Of a DNA stretch of 64,000 nt, positions 18,807-29,113 are shown piece by piece. The notes under the pieces are model-generated. The model did not search any database, had not been told where the DNA came from, and saw only the letters and a program-made list of their open reading frames with translations. Source of the DNA: Helicobacter anseris (lineage in GTDB: Bacteria; Campylobacterota; Campylobacteria; Campylobacterales; Helicobacteraceae); NCBI RefSeq assembly GCF_003364335.1, contig NZ_NXLX01000001.1:1-64000 (forward strand), written 5' to 3'. Every line of letters begins with the position of its first letter. The first letter of the stretch is position 1. Made by a program: the position numbers and the translations under genes.

Positions 18807-19489
18807 TGGATGTCAATGCAATAATCCAAAACCTTGATTGGAAAAAATCACCCCTTATTCCTAGTATTATTCAAGATTATAAAACTCTTGATGTTCTAAT
18901 GCTAGGCTTTGTAAATCAAGAAGCGTTGCGATTGAGTATAGAGAGTGGGGTAATGCACTATTTTTCTCGAACAAAAAATCGAATCTGGAAAAAAGGGGAA
19001 AGTAGTGGTAATTTTCAAAAAATTAAAGAAATAAAAATTGATTGTGATAATGATAGTTTGTTGTTTTTTGTAGAGCAGGTAGGGGTTGCTTGTCATACGG
19101 GATCTAAAAGCTGTTTTTTTAAAGATGTTGCATTTGAAAATAAAGAGGTAACACCTCAAGAGAAGAAACAAAATGATGATGTCTTAGATTCTTTGTATCA
19201 TATATTATTAGAGCGAAGATTAGCATCAAGTGACACTTCTTATACTGCTTTACTCTTTGAAAAAGGTATCAATACAATATGTAAAAAAATTGCAGAAGAA
19301 GCAGGGGAATTGCTTTGTGAATTTAAGGATGCTAATAAAGATAAAATTATTTATGAAGCATCGGATTTACTTTATCATCTGATGGTGGGATTGGTTTATT
19401 TTAATATTCATCCAGATGCAATTTTGCAAGAGTTAAAACGCAGATTTAGTTTTAGTGGCATTGAGGAAAAAAATAATAGGCAGAAATAA
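18803..19489 (+). CDS. hisIE: Bifunctional phosphoribosyl-AMP cyclohydrolase / phosphoribosyl-ATP pyrophosphatase
   Basis: HisI region ...DCDNDSLLFFVEQVGVACHTGSKSCFF... followed by the HisE region ...EEAGELLCEF...SDLLYHLMVGL.... No other his genes in the window. Confidence 0.88.
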   Translation: MMDVNAIIQNLDWKKSPLIPSIIQDYKTLDVLMLGFVNQEALRLSIESGVMHYFSRTKNRIWKKGESSGNFQKIKEIKIDCDNDSLLFFVEQVGVACHTGSKSCFFKDVAFENKEVTPQEKKQNDDVLDSLYHILLERRLASSDTSYTALLFEKGINTICKKIAEEAGELLCEFKDANKDKIIYEASDLLYHLMVGLVYFNIHPDAILQELKRRFSFSGIEEKNNRQK

Positions 19490-19492
19490 ATA

Positions 19493-20005
19493 ATGATATT
19501 AGATTCAATCAAGGATGTTTTATATGGAATAGATATTCTAGCTCTCATAGTGTTTTGTATGGGGTTAGTGTTATTTTTGATTTTTTTTACTTTTGGGGTT
19601 TATTTTTTTAAAAAAAGATTTTTGGGTGGAATATGTTTTTTTGTAGCTTTTGTAGCTTTATTTAGCATACCATTTGTATTGGCCCTAAGCTCTAAAAATT
19701 TTTTCCACAAGATTAGCATTGTGCAGAATAATTCCAAGCCTTTATCTTATAGTAATTCATTCTTGATTGATATAACTTTTAAAAATGAAGGTAAGTTTAA
19801 TTTTGATAAATGTTTGATAGTCATTGAACCACAAAGAAAAAAAAGAGATTTAAAGAATAAAATTTTGGATTTTTTAACCCCACTAGAGAGATATAAATAT
19901 AAAATAAAAGATAAAATCAAGATTTCTCAAGAATATAGTATTTATACAATTTTGGATTATAACTACAAGGAGTATCCTTATAGCATGAGTTTAGATTGTC
20001 GCTAG
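19493..20005 (+). CDS. Hypothetical membrane protein
   Basis: 170 aa with two N-terminal TM helices. No recognisable motif. Confidence 0.45.
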   Translation: MILDSIKDVLYGIDILALIVFCMGLVLFLIFFTFGVYFFKKRFLGGICFFVAFVALFSIPFVLALSSKNFFHKISIVQNNSKPLSYSNSFLIDITFKNEGKFNFDKCLIVIEPQRKKRDLKNKILDFLTPLERYKYKIKDKIKISQEYSIYTILDYNYKEYPYSMSLDCR

Positions 20006-20668
20006 GGAGCTAATAAAAAGGGCAGCACACTCACTTTTTAGAATAAATTGATTGGAAATACTAAGCTTTTTTTGAGAAATAAACATTTGTCTCTCTATCT
20101 CATCAAAACCTCCTTCAGGTCCAATGAAAATGCCATTTTCAAAATTTGTAATTCGTGATGCATAGATATCAGCACCATCAAAATCCATCACAAAACTATT
20201 TGGATATTTTTGCAATGCTTCTTGAGTATTTTTTAAGAGCTCAATTTCCATTAGATCGCTTCTATTGCATTGCTCACAAGATGATATTAGAATCTTATGA
20301 AGTCTCTCTAGCGATATTTTTTCATTTTTTTGACTGCGATTTGCAAAGAAAAATGATATTTTTTTTACCCCTAGCTGATTGAGATAAGGAAGAGTTTTTT
20401 CGATATTTTTATTCTCAATAATTGCCCAGATAAGATGGAGCTTTTTTGTGGAAGCTAGAGGGAGTTTTTTTGTCTCCACTAACATTAAGGTTGCTTGCTT
20501 TTTTTCAATTTGCAAATGTTTGTAGGTATAGAGATTGTTATCTTGCAAATTTCTAAAACAAAGCAAAGTTTGTATTTTTGTGCGTCTTGCTTTATAGAGG
20601 TGATTGAAAAGTTCATCTTTAATTTCTAAGATTTCTTTACCTGCATTGATGTGGTAGCAAAATTGCAT
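19991..20668 (-). CDS. rsmE: 16S rRNA (uracil1498-N3)-methyltransferase
   Basis: ...IFIGPEGGFDEIE... (the RsmE GPEGG motif) and the PUA-like N-terminus. The start is taken at the ATG at 20668 (MQFCYH...), which overlaps the upstream gene's TAA by 1 nt. The track ORF extends to 20734. Confidence 0.82.
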   Translation of the reverse strand: MQFCYHINAGKEILEIKDELFNHLYKARRTKIQTLLCFRNLQDNNLYTYKHLQIEKKQATLMLVETKKLPLASTKKLHLIWAIIENKNIEKTLPYLNQLGVKKISFFFANRSQKNEKISLERLHKILISSCEQCNRSDLMEIELLKNTQEALQKYPNSFVMDFDGADIYASRITNFENGIFIGPEGGFDEIERQMFISQKKLSISNQFILKSECAALFISSLATI

Positions 20669-21087
20669 TATAAAAGTGCCCCAAGAATTAAACCAATTAT
20701 TAAAATAAAATTTACAGAGTAAAGTTTTTTGCATAAGGATATATATTTTTTCATACTAGTTTCCGAGATTCTATCCTCTTTTAATCTTTTAATGCGGTAG
20801 ATTTCGCTCCCAGTTAAAATACAAAAGACTAACAACATGAGAATGATAGAGAATTTAAAATAAAAATGCTCCATTGCCCATACACAAAGACCGCCAAAAA
20901 AACTAATGCTTAGCAATAAAAAAATTAAAGGCATGCTATACCAAATTCTTTTGTTGATAGTCGCATAATTTTTTTGCATTTGCAATGTAAGGAGATTGAT
21001 GAGATAGATAAGAGGCAAAGGAAGGGTTAAAAAATAGTGATAAAAAATCATTGTTTCTAAAATATTTTTTGTTGCAATAGATTCCAT
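20668..21087 (-). CDS. Hypothetical small membrane protein
   Basis: 139 aa, 3-4 predicted TM helices. TAATG-coupled to rsmE. Confidence 0.45.
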   Translation of the reverse strand: MESIATKNILETMIFYHYFLTLPLPLIYLINLLTLQMQKNYATINKRIWYSMPLIFLLLSISFFGGLCVWAMEHFYFKFSIILMLLVFCILTGSEIYRIKRLKEDRISETSMKKYISLCKKLYSVNFILIIGLILGALL

Positions 21088-21190
21088 AAAAGCTCCTTGA
21101 TCTAGGGTATTCTACCATAAATATTAACTTTATTTTAATATCATAAAAGCCAAATTTTGGATAAAAGGATAGAGTATAAAAGAAGGTGTT

Positions 21191-22117
21191 TTGCTCCTAA
21201 ATATGGGAGGTCCTAGTCATCTTGGTGAGGTGGAAGTTTTTTTAAGGAATATGTTTAAAGACCCTTATATTTTACCCATAAAAAATTCTTTAATGCGTAA
21301 GTTTGTGGGGAGTATGATTGTAAAAAAACGCTTAGAAAAAGCAAAAGAAAATTACCGTGCCATTGGCGGTAAATCACCAATGGTGGGTTATACTTTTTCC
21401 CTGTGTCAAAAGTTACAAGAAAAAAATTCTAAGCGTTTTTATTCTTATGCAATGCGATATACGCCTCCCTTTACTGATATGGCACTTAAGGAAATGCAAC
21501 AAAAAGGCATTCAGAAAATTTATCTTTTTAGTATGTATCCACAATATTCATCAACCACAACCCTTTCTTCTTTTAGTGAAGTGCATCGCTGTTTAAAAGA
21601 GTTGGATTATAAACCTGTTATAGAAATTATAGAGCGTTATTATGATAATGCTATCTATCATAAAAATATGCTAAATAGCATATTAAAAACTCTTAATGGT
21701 TTAGATTCTAAAGATTTTATTTTGATTTTTTCTGCACATTCTTTGCCTCAAAGTATTGTGGTTTCTGGAGATCCTTATCAGCAAGAATGCGAAAAAACTT
21801 TTGAATATATGAAAGCTTTATTAAAAGAAAATAATTTAATCTTTAAAGATGTGCTCTTGTCTTACCAATCTAAGATTGGCAAGATGAAGTGGATAGGGCC
21901 AAGCACTCAGAGTATTATTGAGGAGCATGCAAAAGAGAATCTTTTATTATACCCATTGGGCTTTACGATTGATAATTCAGAAACTGCTTTTGAAATTGAT
22001 ATAGAATACAGGCAGCTTGCAAAAGCATTGGGTAATAAAAATTTTTTAGTTTCCCCTTGTTTTAATGATAGTGATGATTTTGCAGATTTTATTTTAAACC
22101 TTATAGGAGAAAAATAG
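21191..22117 (+). CDS. hemH: Ferrochelatase
   Basis: LLNMGGPSHLGEVEVFLRNMFKDPYIL is the ferrochelatase N-terminal signature. 308 aa, with a TTG start per track. Confidence 0.9.
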   Translation: MLLNMGGPSHLGEVEVFLRNMFKDPYILPIKNSLMRKFVGSMIVKKRLEKAKENYRAIGGKSPMVGYTFSLCQKLQEKNSKRFYSYAMRYTPPFTDMALKEMQQKGIQKIYLFSMYPQYSSTTTLSSFSEVHRCLKELDYKPVIEIIERYYDNAIYHKNMLNSILKTLNGLDSKDFILIFSAHSLPQSIVVSGDPYQQECEKTFEYMKALLKENNLIFKDVLLSYQSKIGKMKWIGPSTQSIIEEHAKENLLLYPLGFTIDNSETAFEIDIEYRQLAKALGNKNFLVSPCFNDSDDFADFILNLIGEK

Positions 22118-22726
22118 ATGAAAAAAATTGCTTTAGTCTTATTGTGTTTAGGATTATTTTTTGGTTGCAAGGATCAAGGAATTGATTCTCAATCATTTTC
22201 TTCTGGGAATGAGGTAAGTTTAGAAACACAGCAATTAAGTCAAGATATGGATAAAAAAAGTTATGAAGGTTTAGAAGATATTTTTAAAGATACGAGCTTG
22301 ATAGAAACAAACAATAAGTATCTTTTGATGATTTTTGGTAAAAATAATTGCAAGTATTGCGATAAGTTAAAAGATGAAATCAAGCGCTCTAACAGAGTAA
22401 AAGAATATATCAAAGAAAATTTTAGTGCTTATTATGTCAATATTAGTTATGACAAAAAACATCATCTTGCTTTTATTGATAAAAAAGAAATAAAACAAGC
22501 TGATGTAGCGACTTCGCAGCTTGCTGATGGAATCTATAAAGTTTTTTCAACCCCTACGATTATTTTTGGTGATAAAGATGGAAAAACAATTTTTGAGATT
22601 CCTGGTTATGTGCCAGAAGAGAGATTTTATAAAACTCTAGAGTTTATTGTGTCTAACAAGTGGCAGAAGGGAAGAAGTGATAAAGAAAGATTGAAGATAT
22701 TGCAGGATTTTATAGAAGGAAAATAA
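22118..22726 (+). CDS. Thioredoxin-fold thiol:disulfide oxidoreductase lipoprotein (ResA/CcsX-like)
   Basis: Lipobox LFFGC, CXXC motif in ...FGKNNCKYCDKL.... Lies between hemH and ccsBA, consistent with apocytochrome c reduction (system II). Confidence 0.72.
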   Translation: MKKIALVLLCLGLFFGCKDQGIDSQSFSSGNEVSLETQQLSQDMDKKSYEGLEDIFKDTSLIETNNKYLLMIFGKNNCKYCDKLKDEIKRSNRVKEYIKENFSAYYVNISYDKKHHLAFIDKKEIKQADVATSQLADGIYKVFSTPTIIFGDKDGKTIFEIPGYVPEERFYKTLEFIVSNKWQKGRSDKERLKILQDFIEGK

Positions 22727-22727
22727 A

Positions 22728-25475
22728 ATGAAAATTGTAAAAGGTTTTTTTTGTTCATTTTGGGTGATATTGCCTTTTATTGCTCTATATATAGGTGCGT
22801 GTGCTATTGCGACTTTTATTGAAAATGATTATGGAACAAGCGTTGCAAATGTAGTTGTATATAAATCTTGGTGGTTTAACCTTTTGCACATATATTTTAT
22901 CATTGCCTTAATAACTACACTTTTTTATTCCAAGCCTTGGAAAAAGAAACGATATGCTAATACTTTATTACATTTATCCTTCATCGTCATTATTGTAGGT
23001 GCAGGTATTACGAGATTTTTTGGATTTGAGGGGATGATGCATATTAGAGAGGGTGAAGCCTCTTCTAGTATTACAGTTTCAGAGCCAACATTAAATATTA
23101 TGGCAATGCAAGATCAAAAAAGAGAATTCTTTTTTCTGCAAATTCCTTTGATAGCATCTTCAAAATTTAATCCAAAAAAAGAGAGCGTGAGTTTCTTTGG
23201 TAAAGATTTGATATTAAAAGACTTTGATGTTAAAAAAGTTAGTGAAGATAAGCGAGATGATACTCTAGCAATTTCTTTACAGGCTGAATATGATGGAATC
23301 TATCAAACTTTTCATCTTGTTGGGGGGAAAAATAGTGATTTAAAGTTTGATAAGGGATTTTTTAAAGATACTCAAATTTTTATGAGTTGGGGATCTAGAA
23401 ATGTTGCCTTGCCATTTCAAATTAAGCTTAATAAATTTGAATTGGAGCGTTACGCAGGATCTAACAGCCCTTCATCTTATGCTTCAGAGGTTGAAGTTTT
23501 GGATGAAGATGGTCGAGTAATTATGCCTTATCGTATATTTATGAATAATGTTTTGGATTTTAAAGGGTATAGATTCTATCAATCTTCTTATGATAATGAT
23601 GAAAAAGGAACGGTGTTATCTGTTAATAAGGATCCTGGAAAAAATATTACTTATTTGGGGTATGCAATGCTTATACTTGGTGCATTTGGGAGTTTTTTTG
23701 GAGCAAGTGGTAGATTTAGTATTTTAACAAGATATTTGCACACTCAAAAAATTGCTATATTTTTGGCATTTGTACTGCCAGTTTGTTTTTTATTCCAAGA
23801 AAGTTATGCCTCTGAAGTTTCGCAAGTAGATTTTCAAGACAAAGTCCAATTTATTAAAAATTTTAAAGAAAAATCCTTAAAGCATACCAAAGAGTTTTCC
23901 ACCATTCAGTTGCAAAATATTTCTGGAAGAGTTGAACCAATTGATACGATAGCAAATAATGTGGTGCATAAAATTACCAAAAAAGATAATTTTATGGGTA
24001 TGAGCAATGCGCAAATGTTCTTAGGAATGATGCTTTATTCTGATATTTGGAGAGATCTTAAGATTATTTATGTGAATGATAAACAAATAAAAAAGATTAT
24101 TGGTTTAGATTCTAAAGAAGATTACGCATCCTTCTCAGATTTTTTTAGTGATAAATTGGGTTATAAGCTCAATAATTTTGTTGAAGAAGCAAATCGCATA
24201 GATCCTGCAAAAAGAGATATGTTCGAGAAGAATCTGCTAAAAGTTGATGAAAGAGTAAGTTTGGCATATAGTATTTTTAGTGGAAGTTTTTTAAGAATTT
24301 TTCCAATGCAAGAGGGTAATAAATGGTTAGATCCTATTGGAATTGCACAACAGGCAAAACCAGAAGTTGTACATCAGGTTTCTAGATTACTCAGAGATTT
24401 TTTTGTTGGCTTTGATGAGGGGTTGGTAAGTGGAAAATGGGATAAGCTTGATGGAGCTATTGCAAATATCAAGACTTATCAGAAAGAATATGGGGGAGAT
24501 ATTTATTTACCTGATAAAAGAATTAAGGCAGAGATTTTGCTAAATCAAAGTAATTTTTTCAACAAGCTTATTCTTCCTTATATTGTTCTTGGTTTTTTGT
24601 TGTTTTGTAGTGTTTTATTTTGTATTATCAAGGATAAAAAACTTTTTTCTTGGTTGGGCAGAAGTTTTTATGCTCTTATGTTGATATGCGTATTGATACA
24701 TACTTTTGGATTAGCCCTAAGATGGTATGTTAGTGAACATTCTCCTTGGAGTAATGCTTATGAATCGATGCTATATATTGCTTGGGCAAGTGCTTTTGCT
24801 GGGGTTGTGTTTTTTAGAAAATATAATCTTGCGCTATCAGCAAGTATGTTTTTAGCAGGCATAAGTTTGTTTGTGGCAAATCTTGGTTTCATGGATCCTC
24901 AAATCACTCCACTAGTACCAGTTTTAAAGTCTTATTGGCTTAATATTCATGTTTCTATTATTACTGCAAGTTATGGATTTTTAGGACTTTGCTTTGTCTT
25001 GGGTGTTATTAGTTTGGTGTTATTTAATTTTAGAAGAGTAGGATTTGAGAGAATTGATCAAAGTATTTTATCTTTATGTGCACTAAATGAAATTAGTATG
25101 ATTTTTGGCATTATGATGCTTACTGTAGGTAATTTTTTAGGAGGTGTTTGGGCCAATGAATCTTGGGGAAGATATTGGAGCTGGGATTCCAAGGAAACTT
25201 GGGCATTAATTTCAATTGGAGTTTATGCAATTATTTTGCATTTGAGATTTTTGGGTATTCAAAAAATGCCTTATATATTTTCTTTAGCAAGTGTAATTGG
25301 ATTTTACTCAATATTGATGACATACTTTGGGGTAAATTATTATCTCTCAGGAATGCATAGCTATGCTGCTGGGGATCCTCTCCCAATTCCTATGTTTGTT
25401 TATTTCTTTGTCGCAATTACTATTTTACTAGGCATTTTTGCATATTTTAAATCTGATTTAAAAAGTCAATATTGA
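22728..25475 (+). CDS. ccsBA: Cytochrome c biogenesis system II fusion protein CcsBA (ResB-CcsA)
   Basis: 915 aa. An N-terminal ResB-like region with a large periplasmic loop, and a C-terminal CcsA with the WWD domain (...WANESWGRYWSWDSKETWALI...). Fusion as in Helicobacter/Campylobacter. Confidence 0.9.
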   Translation: MKIVKGFFCSFWVILPFIALYIGACAIATFIENDYGTSVANVVVYKSWWFNLLHIYFIIALITTLFYSKPWKKKRYANTLLHLSFIVIIVGAGITRFFGFEGMMHIREGEASSSITVSEPTLNIMAMQDQKREFFFLQIPLIASSKFNPKKESVSFFGKDLILKDFDVKKVSEDKRDDTLAISLQAEYDGIYQTFHLVGGKNSDLKFDKGFFKDTQIFMSWGSRNVALPFQIKLNKFELERYAGSNSPSSYASEVEVLDEDGRVIMPYRIFMNNVLDFKGYRFYQSSYDNDEKGTVLSVNKDPGKNITYLGYAMLILGAFGSFFGASGRFSILTRYLHTQKIAIFLAFVLPVCFLFQESYASEVSQVDFQDKVQFIKNFKEKSLKHTKEFSTIQLQNISGRVEPIDTIANNVVHKITKKDNFMGMSNAQMFLGMMLYSDIWRDLKIIYVNDKQIKKIIGLDSKEDYASFSDFFSDKLGYKLNNFVEEANRIDPAKRDMFEKNLLKVDERVSLAYSIFSGSFLRIFPMQEGNKWLDPIGIAQQAKPEVVHQVSRLLRDFFVGFDEGLVSGKWDKLDGAIANIKTYQKEYGGDIYLPDKRIKAEILLNQSNFFNKLILPYIVLGFLLFCSVLFCIIKDKKLFSWLGRSFYALMLICVLIHTFGLALRWYVSEHSPWSNAYESMLYIAWASAFAGVVFFRKYNLALSASMFLAGISLFVANLGFMDPQITPLVPVLKSYWLNIHVSIITASYGFLGLCFVLGVISLVLFNFRRVGFERIDQSILSLCALNEISMIFGIMMLTVGNFLGGVWANESWGRYWSWDSKETWALISIGVYAIILHLRFLGIQKMPYIFSLASVIGFYSILMTYFGVNYYLSGMHSYAAGDPLPIPMFVYFFVAITILLGIFAYFKSDLKSQY

Positions 25476-26881
25476 TGATAAAGAAAGTTTGTATAAGTTT
25501 CATTGCTTTAATTTTATTTCTTTTATTTTGCAGTTGTATTTTGCTTTTTACAAAAAGTGGAAATGATATACTTAAGCCTTTCTTGCGTGATGCTATTTGT
25601 AAATATTATTCTAAAGATGTTTTTTTAAGGGATTTTAGGTTAAGCTTAAAAACATTAAAACTAACATTAGAATATAGAAAAATTTTAGATATTGTTATTG
25701 ATGGTGATATTTCTTTATGGAATCAAAAGCTTAATTTGAGTGTAAATGGTAAAAGTAAAGCGGTAAAAAATGCTTTTAGTATTCATGGGGAAATCAATGG
25801 CAGTTATAGACAGCTTTATATAAAATTAGCAAGTAATATTGCTTCATCTACTACTGATATGGTTGCTGAGTTAAGTTCAAGAAAGCTTACTAGATTTTAT
25901 ATGCAATCTAAAGGTTTAAATCTTGAAGATATGATGCTATATCTAGGCTTTGATGGGTTTGTATATGGAAGGGTAAATGCAAGTATAAATTTTGATAAAA
26001 GATTGGTAAAAAAAGGAGATTTTTCTCTTGATCTTTTTGATGTTTATTTTTCAAAAAATTTAAGCTCTATTGCATTTTTTGATTATTTATTGAAGACAAA
26101 AATCAATGGTAGTTTTAATGGTGATTTGCAGAATGACAATCTTTTTTTGATAACAGGAGGGGCTAAAACACCTTTTTATACATTTGAATTGAAGGATTCA
26201 AGAGCAGGTTTGGGATTTTTAGATGTATCTTATATTTTTGAATTACCTAGCGTAAAAAGGATTGATAGAAAAATTAAAAAAGACTTTGGTATTGTTGGAA
26301 GTGGAAGTATTTCTTTTGATAATTCCTTTAAGATGGATTTTATGACTTCTAGTTTAGGTGGGAATATTATTACACAGTTAGAAGCTCATAAGCTTCAAAC
26401 AAGTTTTGAGAATGTACAATTGGATAAAATTCTTTCAATTCTTGGTATATCGCAGGATTTATATGGAGATTTTTATGGAACTTTTGATTTTATAAAGCAA
26501 AATCATGCAGGAAAAATAGAGGGACATATTAAAGAATTTTTTATGAAAAAAAATAAATTCTTTGATTTGATTTATCAATATACAAAATTTGATATTCAAA
26601 AAGAGGTTTTTGCAGAAATTCCACTAAATGCTAGATTAGAGGATAAAAAACTTTATCTTCAAAATATAGATACAAAGAGTCAAAATATGCAACTTGTAAC
26701 GAAGGAAGCAACTTTAGATTTTAAGAGCATGCGTATGAATATCCCCATGACAATAGGTATTAAAAATAGTGCGTTAAATTTAAGGATTTTTGGATTGATG
26801 CAATCTCCTCAGGTTGAATTTAAATTAGGGGATGTTTTAAGATTGGATAAAAAAGGTTTTTTATATAATCTCAATTTTTAA
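25472..26881 (+). CDS. Hypothetical membrane-anchored periplasmic protein, translationally coupled to ccsBA
   Basis: 469 aa. N-terminal TM (ISFIALILFLLFCSCILLF) then a long soluble domain. ATGA overlap with the ccsBA stop. No motif I can assign. Confidence 0.5.
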   Translation: MMIKKVCISFIALILFLLFCSCILLFTKSGNDILKPFLRDAICKYYSKDVFLRDFRLSLKTLKLTLEYRKILDIVIDGDISLWNQKLNLSVNGKSKAVKNAFSIHGEINGSYRQLYIKLASNIASSTTDMVAELSSRKLTRFYMQSKGLNLEDMMLYLGFDGFVYGRVNASINFDKRLVKKGDFSLDLFDVYFSKNLSSIAFFDYLLKTKINGSFNGDLQNDNLFLITGGAKTPFYTFELKDSRAGLGFLDVSYIFELPSVKRIDRKIKKDFGIVGSGSISFDNSFKMDFMTSSLGGNIITQLEAHKLQTSFENVQLDKILSILGISQDLYGDFYGTFDFIKQNHAGKIEGHIKEFFMKKNKFFDLIYQYTKFDIQKEVFAEIPLNARLEDKKLYLQNIDTKSQNMQLVTKEATLDFKSMRMNIPMTIGIKNSALNLRIFGLMQSPQVEFKLGDVLRLDKKGFLYNLNF

Positions 26882-26951
26882 TAGAAGAAGTGTAAAGAAA
26901 CTTAATACAATAAATAAGTGAATTTGATAAAAGAAAGATTAGTAGTAAAAT

Positions 26952-26972
26952 AGCTTCTAGCAACTAGAAGCT
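26952..26972. terminator. Perfect 9-bp hairpin AGCTTCTAG-caa-CTAGAAGCT between convergent genes (bidirectional terminator candidate)
   Basis: Inverted repeat in the 125-nt convergent intergenic region between the 469-aa ORF and the NSS transporter. A second 9-bp inverted repeat GGATTTGTT...AACAAATCC lies at about 26982-27003. Confidence 0.4.
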
Positions 26973-27006
26973 TAAAGAAGAAAGTGGATTTGTTGTAAAG
27001 GCAGGA

Positions 27007-28392
27007 TTAGATTTTAATAACAAATCCACCAATGAAAATTGCTAAGATAATTAGAGGTATGATAAATTTGACATACCAAAGCCAAAATGTAGCAAATTTA
27101 CTAGGCGTGTCTTTGCCATTGTCTAGCTCTTTGATTGCTTCATCTTTCAATACCCATCCCACAAATAAACTTGCCCCTAGAGCTGTGAGTACAAAGAAAA
27201 TATTGCCACTAATAAAATCAAAAGCATCAAAGATATTTCTTCCAAAGATTTTGATATCCGACCAAGGGCCATAGGTTAAAATAGAAGGAATATTTCCAAA
27301 GATAAAGATTGTTAAAAGCGTGAGGTTTATAGCTGTATTTTTTGAACACTTGAATTTTTCTTGAAGCACGCTGATAACCACTTGGTAGATAGTAATTGAA
27401 GTAGTAAGCGCTGCAATAATTAAAAGCAAGAAAAATACGATGGCAAAGAAGTTGCCAAAATGCATTTGTGAAAAAGCAATAGGCAGGGTTTTAAAAACTA
27501 AAGATGGTCCAGAATCTGGTTGAAGCCCTGCGCTAAAAAGAGAAGGGAAAATCATAAAGCCTGCAAGAACAGCAATAATTGTATTGACTATGCTAGTAAT
27601 ACTTGCAGTTTTTATGAGATTTTCCTCTTTATTTAAATGTGATGAAAGTGTAATCATCACACCAAATCCAAGTGATAGGGCAAAGAATACTTGTCCTAAT
27701 ACATAAAGAAAAAGTTGAGGAGTGATTGCTGAGAAATTTGGAGTGAGGTAGAATTTCACACCTTCAATAGCACCATCTAAAGTAAGGTTTCTTATAACCA
27801 TTGCAATAAGGCATAAAAATAGTAGAGGCATTAAATATTTTACACTTTTTTCTATACCATCAATAATGCCTTTTCTTAGGATAAACCAATTGATGAGCAC
27901 AAAAATAAAAGTATAGATTCCAATAGCAAGCGGTGCATGCTCTATATTTTTTTCATAAAAACTTGATGTAATTTCTTTTCCTATGGGCGAGGAGAGATTG
28001 AAATCAGATGAAAACCCACATATATTTGAGAAGATATTAACAATATAAGAAATTACCCATCCCCCAAGCACCATATAATAAGCCATAATGCCAAATGAAC
28101 CTATAATTCCCATATAGCCTAAAATTTTCCAAACTTTTGGGATAGGTTTGTTATTGACATTGCCTCCAAAGGCATCAACAGAATTGCAATGAGCTCTTCT
28201 TCCAATGACATTCTCTACTAAGATTACAGGAATCCCAATTAGAATCATTGCAAGGATAAAAATCAACACATAAGCACCGCCACCATGCTCCCCTACAAGA
28301 TATGGGAAACGCCAAGTTGCACCAAAACCTATCGTGGCCCCTGCAACAGTAAGAATATAGGTAAGTTGGCTAGACCACGTTTGTCGTTTCAT
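27007..28392 (-). CDS. Sodium-dependent transporter, neurotransmitter:sodium symporter (SNF/NSS) family
   Basis: MKRQTWSSQLTYILTVAGATIGFGATWRFPYLVGEHGGGAYVLIFI is the classic NSS N-terminus. 461 aa, 11-12 TM helices. Confidence 0.9.
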   Translation of the reverse strand: MKRQTWSSQLTYILTVAGATIGFGATWRFPYLVGEHGGGAYVLIFILAMILIGIPVILVENVIGRRAHCNSVDAFGGNVNNKPIPKVWKILGYMGIIGSFGIMAYYMVLGGWVISYIVNIFSNICGFSSDFNLSSPIGKEITSSFYEKNIEHAPLAIGIYTFIFVLINWFILRKGIIDGIEKSVKYLMPLLFLCLIAMVIRNLTLDGAIEGVKFYLTPNFSAITPQLFLYVLGQVFFALSLGFGVMITLSSHLNKEENLIKTASITSIVNTIIAVLAGFMIFPSLFSAGLQPDSGPSLVFKTLPIAFSQMHFGNFFAIVFFLLLIIAALTTSITIYQVVISVLQEKFKCSKNTAINLTLLTIFIFGNIPSILTYGPWSDIKIFGRNIFDAFDFISGNIFFVLTALGASLFVGWVLKDEAIKELDNGKDTPSKFATFWLWYVKFIIPLIILAIFIGGFVIKI

Positions 28393-28558
28393 AATTTAAT
28401 CCTTAAATATAATTTTAGTAGAAAATATATTAACTTAAGAAAGAGATTTTTTTACACAGAAGGTTTATATTTTTATGGTTTAGTCCTTAAATGTAACAAT
28501 ATCAACAAAAGCATATTATAAAATAATAAAAAATAATTTTAAATTTAAGGTTAGATCA

Positions 28559-29113
28559 ATGCAAGAAGATAAGATTAGATGGAATCTAAGATATCAAAAT
28601 GATGGTATGCCTACACAAACAAGTGATTTGCTTTTGAGATTTAAGAATATTTTACCTAAAACTGGAAAGGCATTAGACATTGCTTGTGGTAATGGACGCA
28701 ATTTAAATTTTTTGGCAAAAAAAGGATTGCAATGTGAGGGAGTGGATATCTCTGAGGTTGCATTAAGTAAGGTTGCAAAAGATGAGAATATAAAAACTTT
28801 TTGTTTGGATTTGGATACATATAAATTAAAGGAATCTTACTATGATGTTATTTTAAATTTTTATTATTTAAATAGAGATATTTTAAAACAAACTTGCATG
28901 GCATTAAAGAAGGGTGGTATTTTGTTTTTAGAAACTTTTATTGAAGATGAGGCATATCCCACTACTATTGAAAGTAAGAAAATATTAAAAAAGGGAGAAT
29001 TGGAGAGTTTTTTTAGAGATTTTGAAATTTTATGCCATGAGTTTAAAATTATTACTAGAGATAAAAATTTTGAAGAAGCAAAAGTAGTGTGTTTTGTGGC
29101 AAAAAAATGTTAA
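28559..29113 (+). CDS. Class I SAM-dependent methyltransferase (TehB-like)
   Basis: ...KALDIACGNGRNLNFLAKKGLQCEGVDISEVAL... (motif I GxGxG variant and the acidic residue of motif II). 184 aa. Confidence 0.72.
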   Translation: MQEDKIRWNLRYQNDGMPTQTSDLLLRFKNILPKTGKALDIACGNGRNLNFLAKKGLQCEGVDISEVALSKVAKDENIKTFCLDLDTYKLKESYYDVILNFYYLNRDILKQTCMALKKGGILFLETFIEDEAYPTTIESKKILKKGELESFFRDFEILCHEFKIITRDKNFEEAKVVCFVAKKC

